Below are positions 6,336 through 14,622 of a stretch of DNA of 37,198 bases, one piece after another. Location of the stretch: IMG/VR virus record IMGVR_UViG_3300000956_000008. The stretch is one strand, 5' to 3'. The position numbers and the translations under genes are program-made. This DNA comes from an uncultured virus (IMG/VR IMGVR_UViG_3300000956_000008). Taxonomy: Duplodnaviria; Heunggongvirae; Uroviricota; Caudoviricetes. Each line of letters starts with the position of its first letter. Within the stretch, counting starts at the first letter, position 1. Under the pieces are notes generated by a model that was not told where the DNA came from, searched no databases, and saw only the letters and a program-made list of their open reading frames with translations.

Positions 6336-6820
6336 TATGTAGAAAGCATATGGTCGAGTTCTTCGGCAACAACCCAGAGCTGTGTCCAATCTGTGTTGAG
6401 GAAAGACCAAAAGGAGGTAAAATGAATTATGACGAGTCGTATATGGAAACCGCAGAAGCGTTCGCCGCTAAGTCTCAGTGTCCTCGTACTAAGGTCGGGT
6501 GTGCTCTCGTACTGGCTTCGGGTGTCGTATCTCCCGGCCTCAACGGGATGGCAAGTGGTGGACCTAATCAATGGGAATTCTCACCTGACGGGAACCCCGA
6601 GGTTGTACATGCCGAACTTAATTCGCTGGGAAAATGCTTGGAACAGGGGCTCTCCACTAAAGGTGCTACAATGTATGTCACGCTCAGTCCCTGCTTGGAG
6701 TGTTCAAAACTCTTGGTACGGGCAGGGGTCAGGCGCGTCGTTTATCGGGATGAGTATCGATTGACAACCGGACTTGACTATCTTAGGAAATATGGAGTGG
6801 AGGTGGAACAATATGTATAA
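6332..6820 (+). CDS. dCMP deaminase (second in-frame start at 6422)
   Basis: HAELN and SPCLEC zinc motifs, KVGC. Confidence 0.92.
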   Translation: MICRKHMVEFFGNNPELCPICVEERPKGGKMNYDESYMETAEAFAAKSQCPRTKVGCALVLASGVVSPGLNGMASGGPNQWEFSPDGNPEVVHAELNSLGKCLEQGLSTKGATMYVTLSPCLECSKLLVRAGVRRVVYRDEYRLTTGLDYLRKYGVEVEQYV

Positions 6821-6983
6821 TTTTTATCTATTGTGTGCTTGGGACGACTACTACCCTGATAGTGGTCTTGGCAATATCAAAATGTGTGCCAACACTGAAG
6901 AAGAGTTGGCTGATTTGAAAGCCGAGCTTGAGGATGAATGGGACAATGTTCGTGTTTACCATTCTTCGTGGTTGCCGTCGTAA
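6813..6983 (+). CDS. hypothetical protein, 56 aa
   Basis: GGAGG RBS, overlap with upstream stop. Confidence 0.7.
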   Translation: MYNFYLLCAWDDYYPDSGLGNIKMCANTEEELADLKAELEDEWDNVRVYHSSWLPS

Positions 6984-6992
6984 GGAGGTTTT

Positions 6993-7364
6993 ATGCACTA
7001 TAATGAAGCACTAGCTGACAAGCAAGGTTTGACTGATGCTGATCGTGAAGACCTCGACAAGGTGTATGAAGAGTTGTTTTATGCTCTTGAGCATCCAGAA
7101 GTCTTCGCTGATATTGAGGCTAACGTCCGGCAGATTGAATTCAATCTGCAACGGCTCTGGAGATTCCCAGAAGACCCTAAGTTCCATCGCTACCAATTGG
7201 AAATTAAAGGTTGTACCTGCCCACGTATGGACAACTACGAGCTAATCGGGCATACTGCTGACCGTTATCGTGTAAGTGACTGCCCTTGGCATTGGAGTGC
7301 AGAACACCAAGCGAAGGTTGATAAAGTCTATGAAGAACGTGCAAAAATGAGGGAGGGGAAATGA
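6993..7364 (+). CDS. hypothetical protein, 123 aa (CTCP...CPWH)
   Basis: AAGGAGG RBS. Confidence 0.85.
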   Translation: MHYNEALADKQGLTDADREDLDKVYEELFYALEHPEVFADIEANVRQIEFNLQRLWRFPEDPKFHRYQLEIKGCTCPRMDNYELIGHTADRYRVSDCPWHWSAEHQAKVDKVYEERAKMREGK

Positions 7365-7600
7365 CAACTATCGCTGTAGCAATGAGGACTGAATCTGGTG
7401 ACGACTACCTGTCGATGTTCACTGGTGTGACAGGGCCAAAAGACTTTGTTGCCCGTGTAGCAGACGAAATGGGTGAAGAGCTTGCCTATGTCTACTACTC
7501 GCAAATCGTAACTGACGATGGGGAAACCAACGTCTACAAACATGCTCTGCAAGAGCGTATCGAAGAGCAACAACGACTGGAGGACGGTTTCTTTGATTAA
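7361..7600 (+). CDS. hypothetical protein, 79 aa
   Basis: ATGA overlap, GGAGG RBS. Confidence 0.8.
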   Translation: MTTIAVAMRTESGDDYLSMFTGVTGPKDFVARVADEMGEELAYVYYSQIVTDDGETNVYKHALQERIEEQQRLEDGFFD

Positions 7601-8756
7601 GACACTCTATGGCCTTGACAAGAAAGGCGACATGAAGGTTTGGGATATTGAAGTTAAAGATGGCCTAAATGGTGATGCTTACCTTGTGATTAGACACGGT
7701 AAACTAGGTGGTAAGCAGACTGAGAAATCTGAATACTTTGGCTACGGCTCTGGCAAGCAAGGCCGCAACGCTTTTGAGCAAGCAGCCCTTGAAGCTCAAG
7801 CTCGCATCAAGAAGCAGGAAGATAAGAACTACCGTGAGAACACGGCTGATCTTGCCAACCTTGACATTCTGGCTATGCTCGCTGCTGACTACCGTAAGCG
7901 TGGCAAGAGCATCGTATATCCGTGCTACGGCTCTGATAAATATGATGGTGTTCGTGCTCTGGCGAAGAAACGCAATGGCGTTGTAACCATCGAATCTCGT
8001 ACCTCACAGCTTTACGATATCCCGCATATCCATGAAGCTCTTGTGATCCATATGCAAGACGGTGACATTTGGGATGGTGAAATCTACCTGCATGGTGAAG
8101 TGCTGCAAGATATTACATCTGCTGTAGGTCGTACTGACACTCAGGCGAAGATTGATGCTGCTCAGCGTAAATACGAGAAGGTTGTGTGCGACGATAACTA
8201 CGAGGCTCTGCAAGAAGCTATACACATCCATGAGATTCGCCCTAAGCTGGAGTTCCATATCTTTGACGTGCATTCGGATAAGACATTCGATGAACGTGTA
8301 AAAGACCTTGACGAGTTGTGTGGTATTCCTATAGTATCGCCCTGCATTCAGGTTACTCAGTATGTTTGGGTTGCTGATGCGGTAGATATGAAAGTCAAGC
8401 ATGATGATGCTGTAGATCGTGGCTACGAAGGCTTGATGCTCCGCAACTTCAAGGGTTTGTATGAGAGCGGGAAACGCTCGACAGACTTGCAGAAGTACAA
8501 AGAGTTTGTTGACGCTGAGTTTGAGATTCTTGATGTAATCCCAGACAAAGAAGACGGAAGTCGATTCGTTGTTCGAAACAACTTGAACGACCGAACGTTC
8601 ACTGTTACACTGGGCTCTATGGCTCAACGAGCTGAGTATCTGGCAAACAAACATCTTTACATCGGTAAGATGATTACTGTAAGATACCAGTCTCGATACA
8701 AAAAGACAAAACTTCCCCAGTTCCCAACTGGTGTGGTTATCCGTGATTACGAATAA
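7593..8756 (+). CDS. ATP-dependent DNA ligase
   Basis: KYDGVR motif I, DGEIY, FHIFD, EGLMLR, KYK, QFP; TTG start after GGAGG. Confidence 0.93.
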   Translation: MIKTLYGLDKKGDMKVWDIEVKDGLNGDAYLVIRHGKLGGKQTEKSEYFGYGSGKQGRNAFEQAALEAQARIKKQEDKNYRENTADLANLDILAMLAADYRKRGKSIVYPCYGSDKYDGVRALAKKRNGVVTIESRTSQLYDIPHIHEALVIHMQDGDIWDGEIYLHGEVLQDITSAVGRTDTQAKIDAAQRKYEKVVCDDNYEALQEAIHIHEIRPKLEFHIFDVHSDKTFDERVKDLDELCGIPIVSPCIQVTQYVWVADAVDMKVKHDDAVDRGYEGLMLRNFKGLYESGKRSTDLQKYKEFVDAEFEILDVIPDKEDGSRFVVRNNLNDRTFTVTLGSMAQRAEYLANKHLYIGKMITVRYQSRYKKTKLPQFPTGVVIRDYE

Positions 8757-8766
8757 GGAGGAAAAT

Positions 8767-9198
8767 ATGACTCAAGAAACTCAAGAATTCCAAAAGGTTG
8801 ACACCACTGTTATCCAAGTACGCTCTGTGCTGAACTTCATGTACGCACTGGGCTACCGTCTCGATGAAACTTCCAAGACTGGTCGGTTTGTAACCAATCA
8901 TCGTGAACATCAAGGCAACCGTTACCTGAGCATGGGTGTGGCTATCCGTATGCACAACCTCCAGCAGCACCAGTGGGAGGTTTACCAGAACGAAGACTTG
9001 ACCCTGAGCATGACCCTGCCTAAGGGTGTTAGCCTACAGCAAGGCTTCTCGCCTATCGGTGTGAATCTGGCCATCGCTTCTAAGCTGGTACAGAAGGTTA
9101 AGTTCTCCGTCACCCGTAAGGGTAACGTTGTAACTCAAGACGTTATGGTCAAGCCTTTGAACGCCACAGTTCTGGCTCTGATCGAACCAGAAGCTTAA
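8767..9198 (+). CDS. hypothetical protein, 143 aa
   Basis: AAGGAGG RBS. Confidence 0.85.
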   Translation: MTQETQEFQKVDTTVIQVRSVLNFMYALGYRLDETSKTGRFVTNHREHQGNRYLSMGVAIRMHNLQQHQWEVYQNEDLTLSMTLPKGVSLQQGFSPIGVNLAIASKLVQKVKFSVTRKGNVVTQDVMVKPLNATVLALIEPEA

Positions 9199-9203
9199 AT
9201 GAC

Positions 9204-9229
9204 TGCCCGCCCACAAGGCGGGCATCTTT
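9204..9229 (+). terminator. intrinsic terminator
   Basis: TGCCCGCC CACAA GGCGGGCA TCTTT. Confidence 0.65.
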
Positions 9230-9253
9230 ATCCCTGAAATTTAGGAGAACCAT

Positions 9254-9700
9254 ATGTCGTTAGACCTTGAGAAACGTGCTGAAGCCTTTGCCATTGAGAA
9301 GCACAAAGGCCAGAAATATGGTGACAAGGAGTACACCTACCACCTGCGTCAGGTTGTGGAGAATGTCAATAAGCGTAATCAAGGTCATCCGCTGTTGTCC
9401 ACTCTGGTTGCCATCGCATGGTTGCACGATGTTCTGGAGGATACTGACGTTGAGTATAGAGAACTTGAGCGTGAGTTTGGTACTGCTGTTGCGTTCTGTG
9501 TGGCACGTCTGAGCAAACTTGCTGATATCCCTTATCAGGTTTACATGGAAACGATTGTAGCTGCTGCTCTTGCACGTGAAGTTAAAATCTGCGATACTAT
9601 GGCCAATATGGTGGAAAGCATCAAGAGTGGGAACACCAAAGGCTTGGTGAAGTACCCACGTCAACTGACAATTTTGGTAACAGGAGTTTATTATGAGTGA
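9254..9700 (+). CDS. HD-domain protein of RelA/SpoT hydrolase (small alarmone hydrolase/Mesh1) type
   Basis: FAIEKHKGQ, Y..HL..V, AWLHDVLEDT, VKICD..N. Confidence 0.85.
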   Translation: MSLDLEKRAEAFAIEKHKGQKYGDKEYTYHLRQVVENVNKRNQGHPLLSTLVAIAWLHDVLEDTDVEYRELEREFGTAVAFCVARLSKLADIPYQVYMETIVAAALAREVKICDTMANMVESIKSGNTKGLVKYPRQLTILVTGVYYE

Positions 9701-10262
9701 GATTTGGTTCACCAGTGATCTGCACGTAGATCATAAAAACATTATCGAATACTGCAATCGTCCTTGGACGTTTGAGCAACAACGCGAGGAAATCATCACT
9801 CGCTGGAACAGCCGTGTTGGCCTGATGGACGATGTGTATCACTTGGGAGACTTCGTGTTCACTGGCTCCAAAGGTCTGAACAAGGTTGTTGATATCATCA
9901 AAGAGCTGAATGGCAACATCACATTCATCAAAGGCAACCACTGCCAAGCTGGCCTGTGGGATTTGATTGAGCGTCAGAATCTTGCTCACGTCAAGGAGAT
10001 TTGCGACTACAAGGAAATCACCATTGAGCGTAACAAGGTTGTTCTGTTCCACTATCCACTGGAAACTTGGAACAAGGCACACCACGGTGCATGGCACCTG
10101 CATGGTCATTGCCACGGCAGTTTGGCTCCACGTGGGAAGCGTTTGGACGTGGGTATTGACAACCACCCAGATCGTCAGGTATTCTCGCTGGCTGAAATCA
10201 AGATTCACATGGCTAAACAAGAGTTCCAGATTGTAGACCACCATACAGGAGAGCGTGAGTGA
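9693..10262 (+). CDS. calcineurin-like metallophosphoesterase
   Basis: SDLH, HLGDF, GNH, HYP, HGHCH. Confidence 0.92.
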   Translation: MSEIWFTSDLHVDHKNIIEYCNRPWTFEQQREEIITRWNSRVGLMDDVYHLGDFVFTGSKGLNKVVDIIKELNGNITFIKGNHCQAGLWDLIERQNLAHVKEICDYKEITIERNKVVLFHYPLETWNKAHHGAWHLHGHCHGSLAPRGKRLDVGIDNHPDRQVFSLAEIKIHMAKQEFQIVDHHTGERE

Positions 10263-10462
10263 GTAAACTTAAACAGAAAATTCAAAGAGCCCGTGAGAAA
10301 GGTTGTTATGCATTTCGGGCTCACTGGTGTGAACCGGGTAATCCTTGGTGTGTCTACGTTGAGGGTGAGTTTGCCCCACGGGGTTACATGACAAAACGTC
10401 AAGCTGTCAACCTTGCCTACGCAATCTCAATCTCTAAGAAACTTAAACTGGAGGTGCTGTAA
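10259..10462 (+). CDS. hypothetical protein, 67 aa
   Basis: GTGA overlap, AGGAG RBS. Confidence 0.7.
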   Translation: MSKLKQKIQRAREKGCYAFRAHWCEPGNPWCVYVEGEFAPRGYMTKRQAVNLAYAISISKKLKLEVL

Positions 10463-10683
10463 TGGCTAGACTTGAAGTGATTGGAGGGGTTCCAAAGACT
10501 CCGGACCTCAGAGAGGGCGTCTTGATGATCCATAAGAATGAGCCACCAATGGTTGTCATTGTAGATGAAGTGACAGGCGGTGGTGAAGGTTTTTGGGGAA
10601 CAGACCTTGAAACTGGGATCAGGATCGAGTATGATGCTGTACAGTTTGTACCATTCATCGGCAAATTAACATTGGAGCAATAA
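10462..10683 (+). CDS. hypothetical protein, 73 aa
   Basis: TAATG coupling, GGAGG RBS. Confidence 0.75.
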   Translation: MARLEVIGGVPKTPDLREGVLMIHKNEPPMVVIVDEVTGGGEGFWGTDLETGIRIEYDAVQFVPFIGKLTLEQ

Positions 10684-10684
10684 T

Positions 10685-11590
10685 ATGTTTGAAGCACTGA
10701 TTGAGGCTGGACTGGTAAAGCGTAAGCGTTATGAAAACGGCCTCTCGGTCTTCAAGTACGCACGTAAGGTGTTCTACGATAAGCTCTGGGACACTGATGA
10801 TCTGCTGCTGGAGGCACGTGGTATCGTACTGGACGACGACAACTACCCAGTGATCTGGCCTTTCACTAAAGTGTTCAACCACCATGAGAACGGCACTGAG
10901 TGTGAACCTGACCGTACTGTTTGTGTTGCCCGTAAGGTGAATGGTTTCATGGCTGCTGCCCGCTGGTACAACGGTGAGTTGATCGTCTCGACAACAGGCT
11001 CACTGGACTCTGACTTCGCTGCCTTGGCTCGCTCTCACATCGAGAAGCTGAAAACTTCAGAAATGCGTGATATTCTGACGTACATCTTTGAGATTTGTGA
11101 TCCGTCTGATCCACACATTGTTGAGGAACAGGAGGGTGCGTATCTGATTGGCGCTCGTCGTATGGCTAACGGTTATCCAATGGCTCATGAGTATCAGTTG
11201 GATGATCTGGCAGAAGAGATTGGTGCAAAGCGCCCTGAATGGTCTTACATGACATTCCGTGAAGCTCACCACATGGCAGAAACGTGCAAGCACGAAGGTT
11301 TCATGATCCGTGATCCTGATGATGGCACCACTATCATGAAGATCAAGTCTCCACACTACCTCACGAAGAAGTTCCTGATGCGTATGGGGATGAAGAAAGT
11401 GGATGTGATGTTTGACAACAAGGAAGAATTCCTCAAGACGATTGACGAAGAGTTCTACAACGTTGTGCATTATATCACTCGTTGGTTCGATGCCGACAAG
11501 TGGAAAGGCTACACTGACCAAGAACGTCGTGAGATTATTGAACAATACTTCCACGAAATCGTATATGACGCAAAGAAAGGAGAATACTGA
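10685..11590 (+). CDS. RNA ligase, T4 Rnl1 family
   Basis: EARG, PFTKVFN, KVNG motif I, FEI, EGF, KIKS. Confidence 0.88.
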   Translation: MFEALIEAGLVKRKRYENGLSVFKYARKVFYDKLWDTDDLLLEARGIVLDDDNYPVIWPFTKVFNHHENGTECEPDRTVCVARKVNGFMAAARWYNGELIVSTTGSLDSDFAALARSHIEKLKTSEMRDILTYIFEICDPSDPHIVEEQEGAYLIGARRMANGYPMAHEYQLDDLAEEIGAKRPEWSYMTFREAHHMAETCKHEGFMIRDPDDGTTIMKIKSPHYLTKKFLMRMGMKKVDVMFDNKEEFLKTIDEEFYNVVHYITRWFDADKWKGYTDQERREIIEQYFHEIVYDAKKGEY

Positions 11591-11591
11591 T

Positions 11592-12005
11592 ATGACTATG
11601 ACACTACGACTGGATACCGCTGGCCTGCGTTCGATGATCGCTGAGAATCCAACCTTCGCCATTGAAATCCAGCAGGCTGTTCTGAACAACATCCGTGCAG
11701 ATAATATTCAACAGGCCGTGATCGACCGTGTTAACGGTTGTTTGGATAAGATGGCTCCTAAGGAGGGTTATTACAGCACTACCCGAGTTATTAAGGACCA
11801 GAAGATGCTTGACGTGATCAATGCTACTGTCCGTGCTGAAGTGAGTGTTGCCCTTAAAGTTGCTATCGAAGACGCGGTTTCGTCTGCAACCAATGCCATC
11901 GATCTGCGTATTCGTCAAGAGGTCAAGAAGGTGGCTAAAGAAGTGCTTCTGGAGTCTCTGACCGCTGCTGATGCCAAGGCTATCCTGCTGGAGAAACTGA
12001 TGTAA
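11592..12005 (+). CDS. hypothetical helical protein, 137 aa
   Basis: AAGGAG RBS. Confidence 0.8.
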   Translation: MTMTLRLDTAGLRSMIAENPTFAIEIQQAVLNNIRADNIQQAVIDRVNGCLDKMAPKEGYYSTTRVIKDQKMLDVINATVRAEVSVALKVAIEDAVSSATNAIDLRIRQEVKKVAKEVLLESLTAADAKAILLEKLM

Positions 12006-12397
12006 TGGAACTGTACCTGATTCGTGGCTTGCCGGGTTCAGGCAAGTCCACCTTCGCTAAGTCGCTGGCAGATGCTCTGGACTGCAATCACTATGAGCAT
12101 GACAAGTATCTGTACACCGAAGAGGGTAAGTACCTTTGGACTGAGCAGCGTATGGCTTATGCCTATCGTCAATGCCTACGTGACACAGAAGCTACAATGG
12201 CTGAAGGTGAGCCAGTTGTTGTCTCCAACGTCTTCCCAACCTCCAAGTCATTGAAAAACTACCGGAAGCTGGCTGAGAAGTATGGACACCGTGTGACGTA
12301 TATCGTCGTAGAGAACCGTCGTGGTGGTGTGAACATCCATGATGTACCTCAAGAGGCGTTGGATGATATGCGTAAAGCATTTCAAGTGTCGATTTAA
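12005..12397 (+). CDS. stand-alone polynucleotide-kinase-like P-loop protein
   Basis: IRGLPGSGKST, VVVSN, NIHDVP. Confidence 0.85.
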   Translation: MELYLIRGLPGSGKSTFAKSLADALDCNHYEHDKYLYTEEGKYLWTEQRMAYAYRQCLRDTEATMAEGEPVVVSNVFPTSKSLKNYRKLAEKYGHRVTYIVVENRRGGVNIHDVPQEALDDMRKAFQVSI

Positions 12398-12400
12398 CGC

Positions 12401-12435
12401 TTGACAGCAGGGGCCACTCCTGACAGAATGGCCCC
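12401..12435 (+). promoter_or_regulatory. sigma70 promoter with inverted repeat enclosing the -10
   Basis: TTGACA-N17-CAGAAT; GGGGCCA/TGGCCCC. Confidence 0.75.
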
Positions 12436-12458
12436 ACACAAACAAAGGAGGGTCTACA

Positions 12459-13346
12459 ATGACCGAGTTTAACGAAAACCTGTTCTACACTTTGAACCAG
12501 AACAAAAATCATCGCGTGTCTATCAGCACCATGAAGTTTCCCGGTGGTGAAGTGGGTGTGAACATCAACACTGGCAGTCTCAATCCGTTCACCACGGAAG
12601 CACAAGGCGTGATTACTGTTACCCTCACTGCCAAGATTCAATCCAGTGATCATCTGATGCAAATGTTCATGGCGACTGATGCCTTGAAGCGTGTCTACCC
12701 GTTCGCACACATCGACCTGCTGATTCCGTACTTCCCATATGCCCGTCAGGACCGCGTATGCAACGCTGGAGAGGCTTTGAGCGTGAAGGTGGTAGCTCAG
12801 CTCATCAATGCGATGAAATACTCCACAGTGACGGTTGTAGACCCTCACAGCCCTGTTCTGGTGGCTGCCTTGGACCGCTGCTTCGTCATTGAGCAGAAAG
12901 ACGCCTTCAAAGGCATCAAACAAGACTGGCACAACTGGACAATCGTTGCTCCTGATATGGGTGCTACCAAGAAGACCGAAGACTTCGCCAAACTGGTCGG
13001 AGCCAAGGATGTTCTGTACTGTAACAAGAAGCGTAATCTGTCTGACGGTAAGATTCTGGGTATGAGCATTCTCAACCCTGAGATTCTTCAGACGCTCGGC
13101 AGTAAGTTGTTGGTGTTGGACGATATCTGTGACGGTGGCCGTACCTTCATTGAAGTGGCGGGTGCCATCGAGCGTATCTCTCCGGGCTACTACGCAGGCA
13201 AGATGGATTACACCATTGAGCTGGCCGTTACACACGGTATCTTCTCGAAAGGTGTTGGTGTATTGACTGATATGTTTGATCACGTCTACACCACTGACAC
13301 ACTGCCACAACAGGCACATTCTAAACTCACTGTTGTTAAACTGTAA
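12459..13346 (+). CDS. prs: ribose-phosphate pyrophosphokinase-like protein (candidate Adps of NARP1)
   Basis: FPGGE, PYFPYARQDR, DPHS, APDMGA, VLDDICDGGRTF, THG. Confidence 0.92.
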   Translation: MTEFNENLFYTLNQNKNHRVSISTMKFPGGEVGVNINTGSLNPFTTEAQGVITVTLTAKIQSSDHLMQMFMATDALKRVYPFAHIDLLIPYFPYARQDRVCNAGEALSVKVVAQLINAMKYSTVTVVDPHSPVLVAALDRCFVIEQKDAFKGIKQDWHNWTIVAPDMGATKKTEDFAKLVGAKDVLYCNKKRNLSDGKILGMSILNPEILQTLGSKLLVLDDICDGGRTFIEVAGAIERISPGYYAGKMDYTIELAVTHGIFSKGVGVLTDMFDHVYTTDTLPQQAHSKLTVVKL

Positions 13347-13355
13347 GGAGGCTAC

Positions 13356-13778
13356 ATGGAAATTTTGATTATGATTGCAGTTGGTGCTGCTACTCTGGGC
13401 TTGATCTGGCTGATCGTGCGTGAGCCGAAGCCTATCAGGCACTATCAAGTGCCGCCAATGCCAGCAGTGAAGCCGACACGGGTAGAAGTGTCTGAGTTCA
13501 CTCTAGACCAATTGCGAGCTGAGTCTGTTCAGGAAGTACGTGTGAATGCAGGAATCCCACGTGGTGTTCCAGTAGTTGCAAAGTCTCAGCAAAAACCTGT
13601 TGACAAGCCAAAGCCAAAGTCGTATTCTGGCTCCACTTCGGGAAGCAGCTCAAGTCGCTCCAGTCGAAGCAGTGATGATGGCTACAGCAGCTACTCCAGT
13701 TGGGGTGGTGATAGTGGGTCCAGCAGCTCTTCGTGTGACAGCAGCTCTAGCAGCAGCTCTTCCTCTTCTTGTGATTAA
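13356..13778 (+). CDS. membrane-anchored protein with Ser-rich SCD tail
   Basis: N-terminal TM helix; C terminus SSSSSCDSSSSSSSSSSCD. Confidence 0.8.
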   Translation: MEILIMIAVGAATLGLIWLIVREPKPIRHYQVPPMPAVKPTRVEVSEFTLDQLRAESVQEVRVNAGIPRGVPVVAKSQQKPVDKPKPKSYSGSTSGSSSSRSSRSSDDGYSSYSSWGGDSGSSSSSCDSSSSSSSSSSCD

Positions 13779-13792
13779 TTAGGAGTTTCAAA

Positions 13793-14554
13793 TTGAAAAA
13801 GATTATGGCTGGTATGATGGGTTTCTTGATGGTGGGTATGATTGCTGTTGAGGCTGACGCGGCCAGCCGTGTTTCTTCTTCGAGAAGCAGCTTCTCAAGT
13901 TCCCGCTCTTCGTACAGCGCCCCAAAGAGTGCCTACTCTGCCCCAAAGCAACAAGCGGGTACGTCGAGCAATCCGGGTTTAAAAGCACTGGGCTTTTCAA
14001 AGCCTGCTTCTACCCCGACGGTAAGCAATCGAAGTGTGTCCGCATCGTCTAAGCCTGTGGCAAAGACTACAACCACTTCTGGTGGCTGGTTTTCTCAGAA
14101 GCGTGTAAGCTCTACACCAGCTTATAAACCACCAGTCCGCAAGGTGATAAGCCCTACAGCTTATCGTTCACAGCCACGTAACGTGACAGTGATTCAACGC
14201 AATTATTATGGCAATAGCTACGGAGGCTACAATGGATACAATCGAGGTTATGGTGGTGGCTATTATGGTAATCACTATGGTAGTAGCGGCATGGGAACCT
14301 CTATGCTGGGTGGTGCATTGGGTGCGTTCGGCGGAATGATGATCTATGATGCTTTGACCTCTAATAATGAGACTAAACATCTGGAAGCCAAGATGAACAC
14401 CATCCTTGCGAATCAGCAGATTCAGAACCAAAACCTGAGCTTGCTTGAGCAGAAAGTGCCCGTGCAGCAGCCCCAAGTGGTGCCACAATGCTTCCTGCCA
14501 CAAGATGCACCGCTGGTGATGGACCCTAAGTTCTACTGTGAGCAGCCTAAATAA
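13793..14554 (+). CDS. secreted or membrane low-complexity protein (Ser-rich, Gly/Tyr-rich)
   Basis: TTG start after AGGAG; signal peptide ending AEADA-like; glycine zipper GGALGAFGG. Confidence 0.8.
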   Translation: MKKIMAGMMGFLMVGMIAVEADAASRVSSSRSSFSSSRSSYSAPKSAYSAPKQQAGTSSNPGLKALGFSKPASTPTVSNRSVSASSKPVAKTTTTSGGWFSQKRVSSTPAYKPPVRKVISPTAYRSQPRNVTVIQRNYYGNSYGGYNGYNRGYGGGYYGNHYGSSGMGTSMLGGALGAFGGMMIYDALTSNNETKHLEAKMNTILANQQIQNQNLSLLEQKVPVQQPQVVPQCFLPQDAPLVMDPKFYCEQPK

Positions 14555-14557
14555 CTG

Positions 14558-14592
14558 TTGACATGATTTGGGCCAGTCTGTAAGATGGCCCA
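14558..14592 (+). promoter_or_regulatory. sigma70 promoter with inverted repeat enclosing the -10
   Basis: TTGACA-N17-TAAGAT; TGGGCCA/TGGCCCA. Confidence 0.8.
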
Positions 14593-14622
14593 CATAGACA
14601 AACACAAAGGAGAGACAAAAAT

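Noticed and set aside
13640..13775. AGC/TCT-rich tract as a tandem DNA repeat
   Set aside because: Mixed Ser codons show protein-level low complexity, not a DNA repeat
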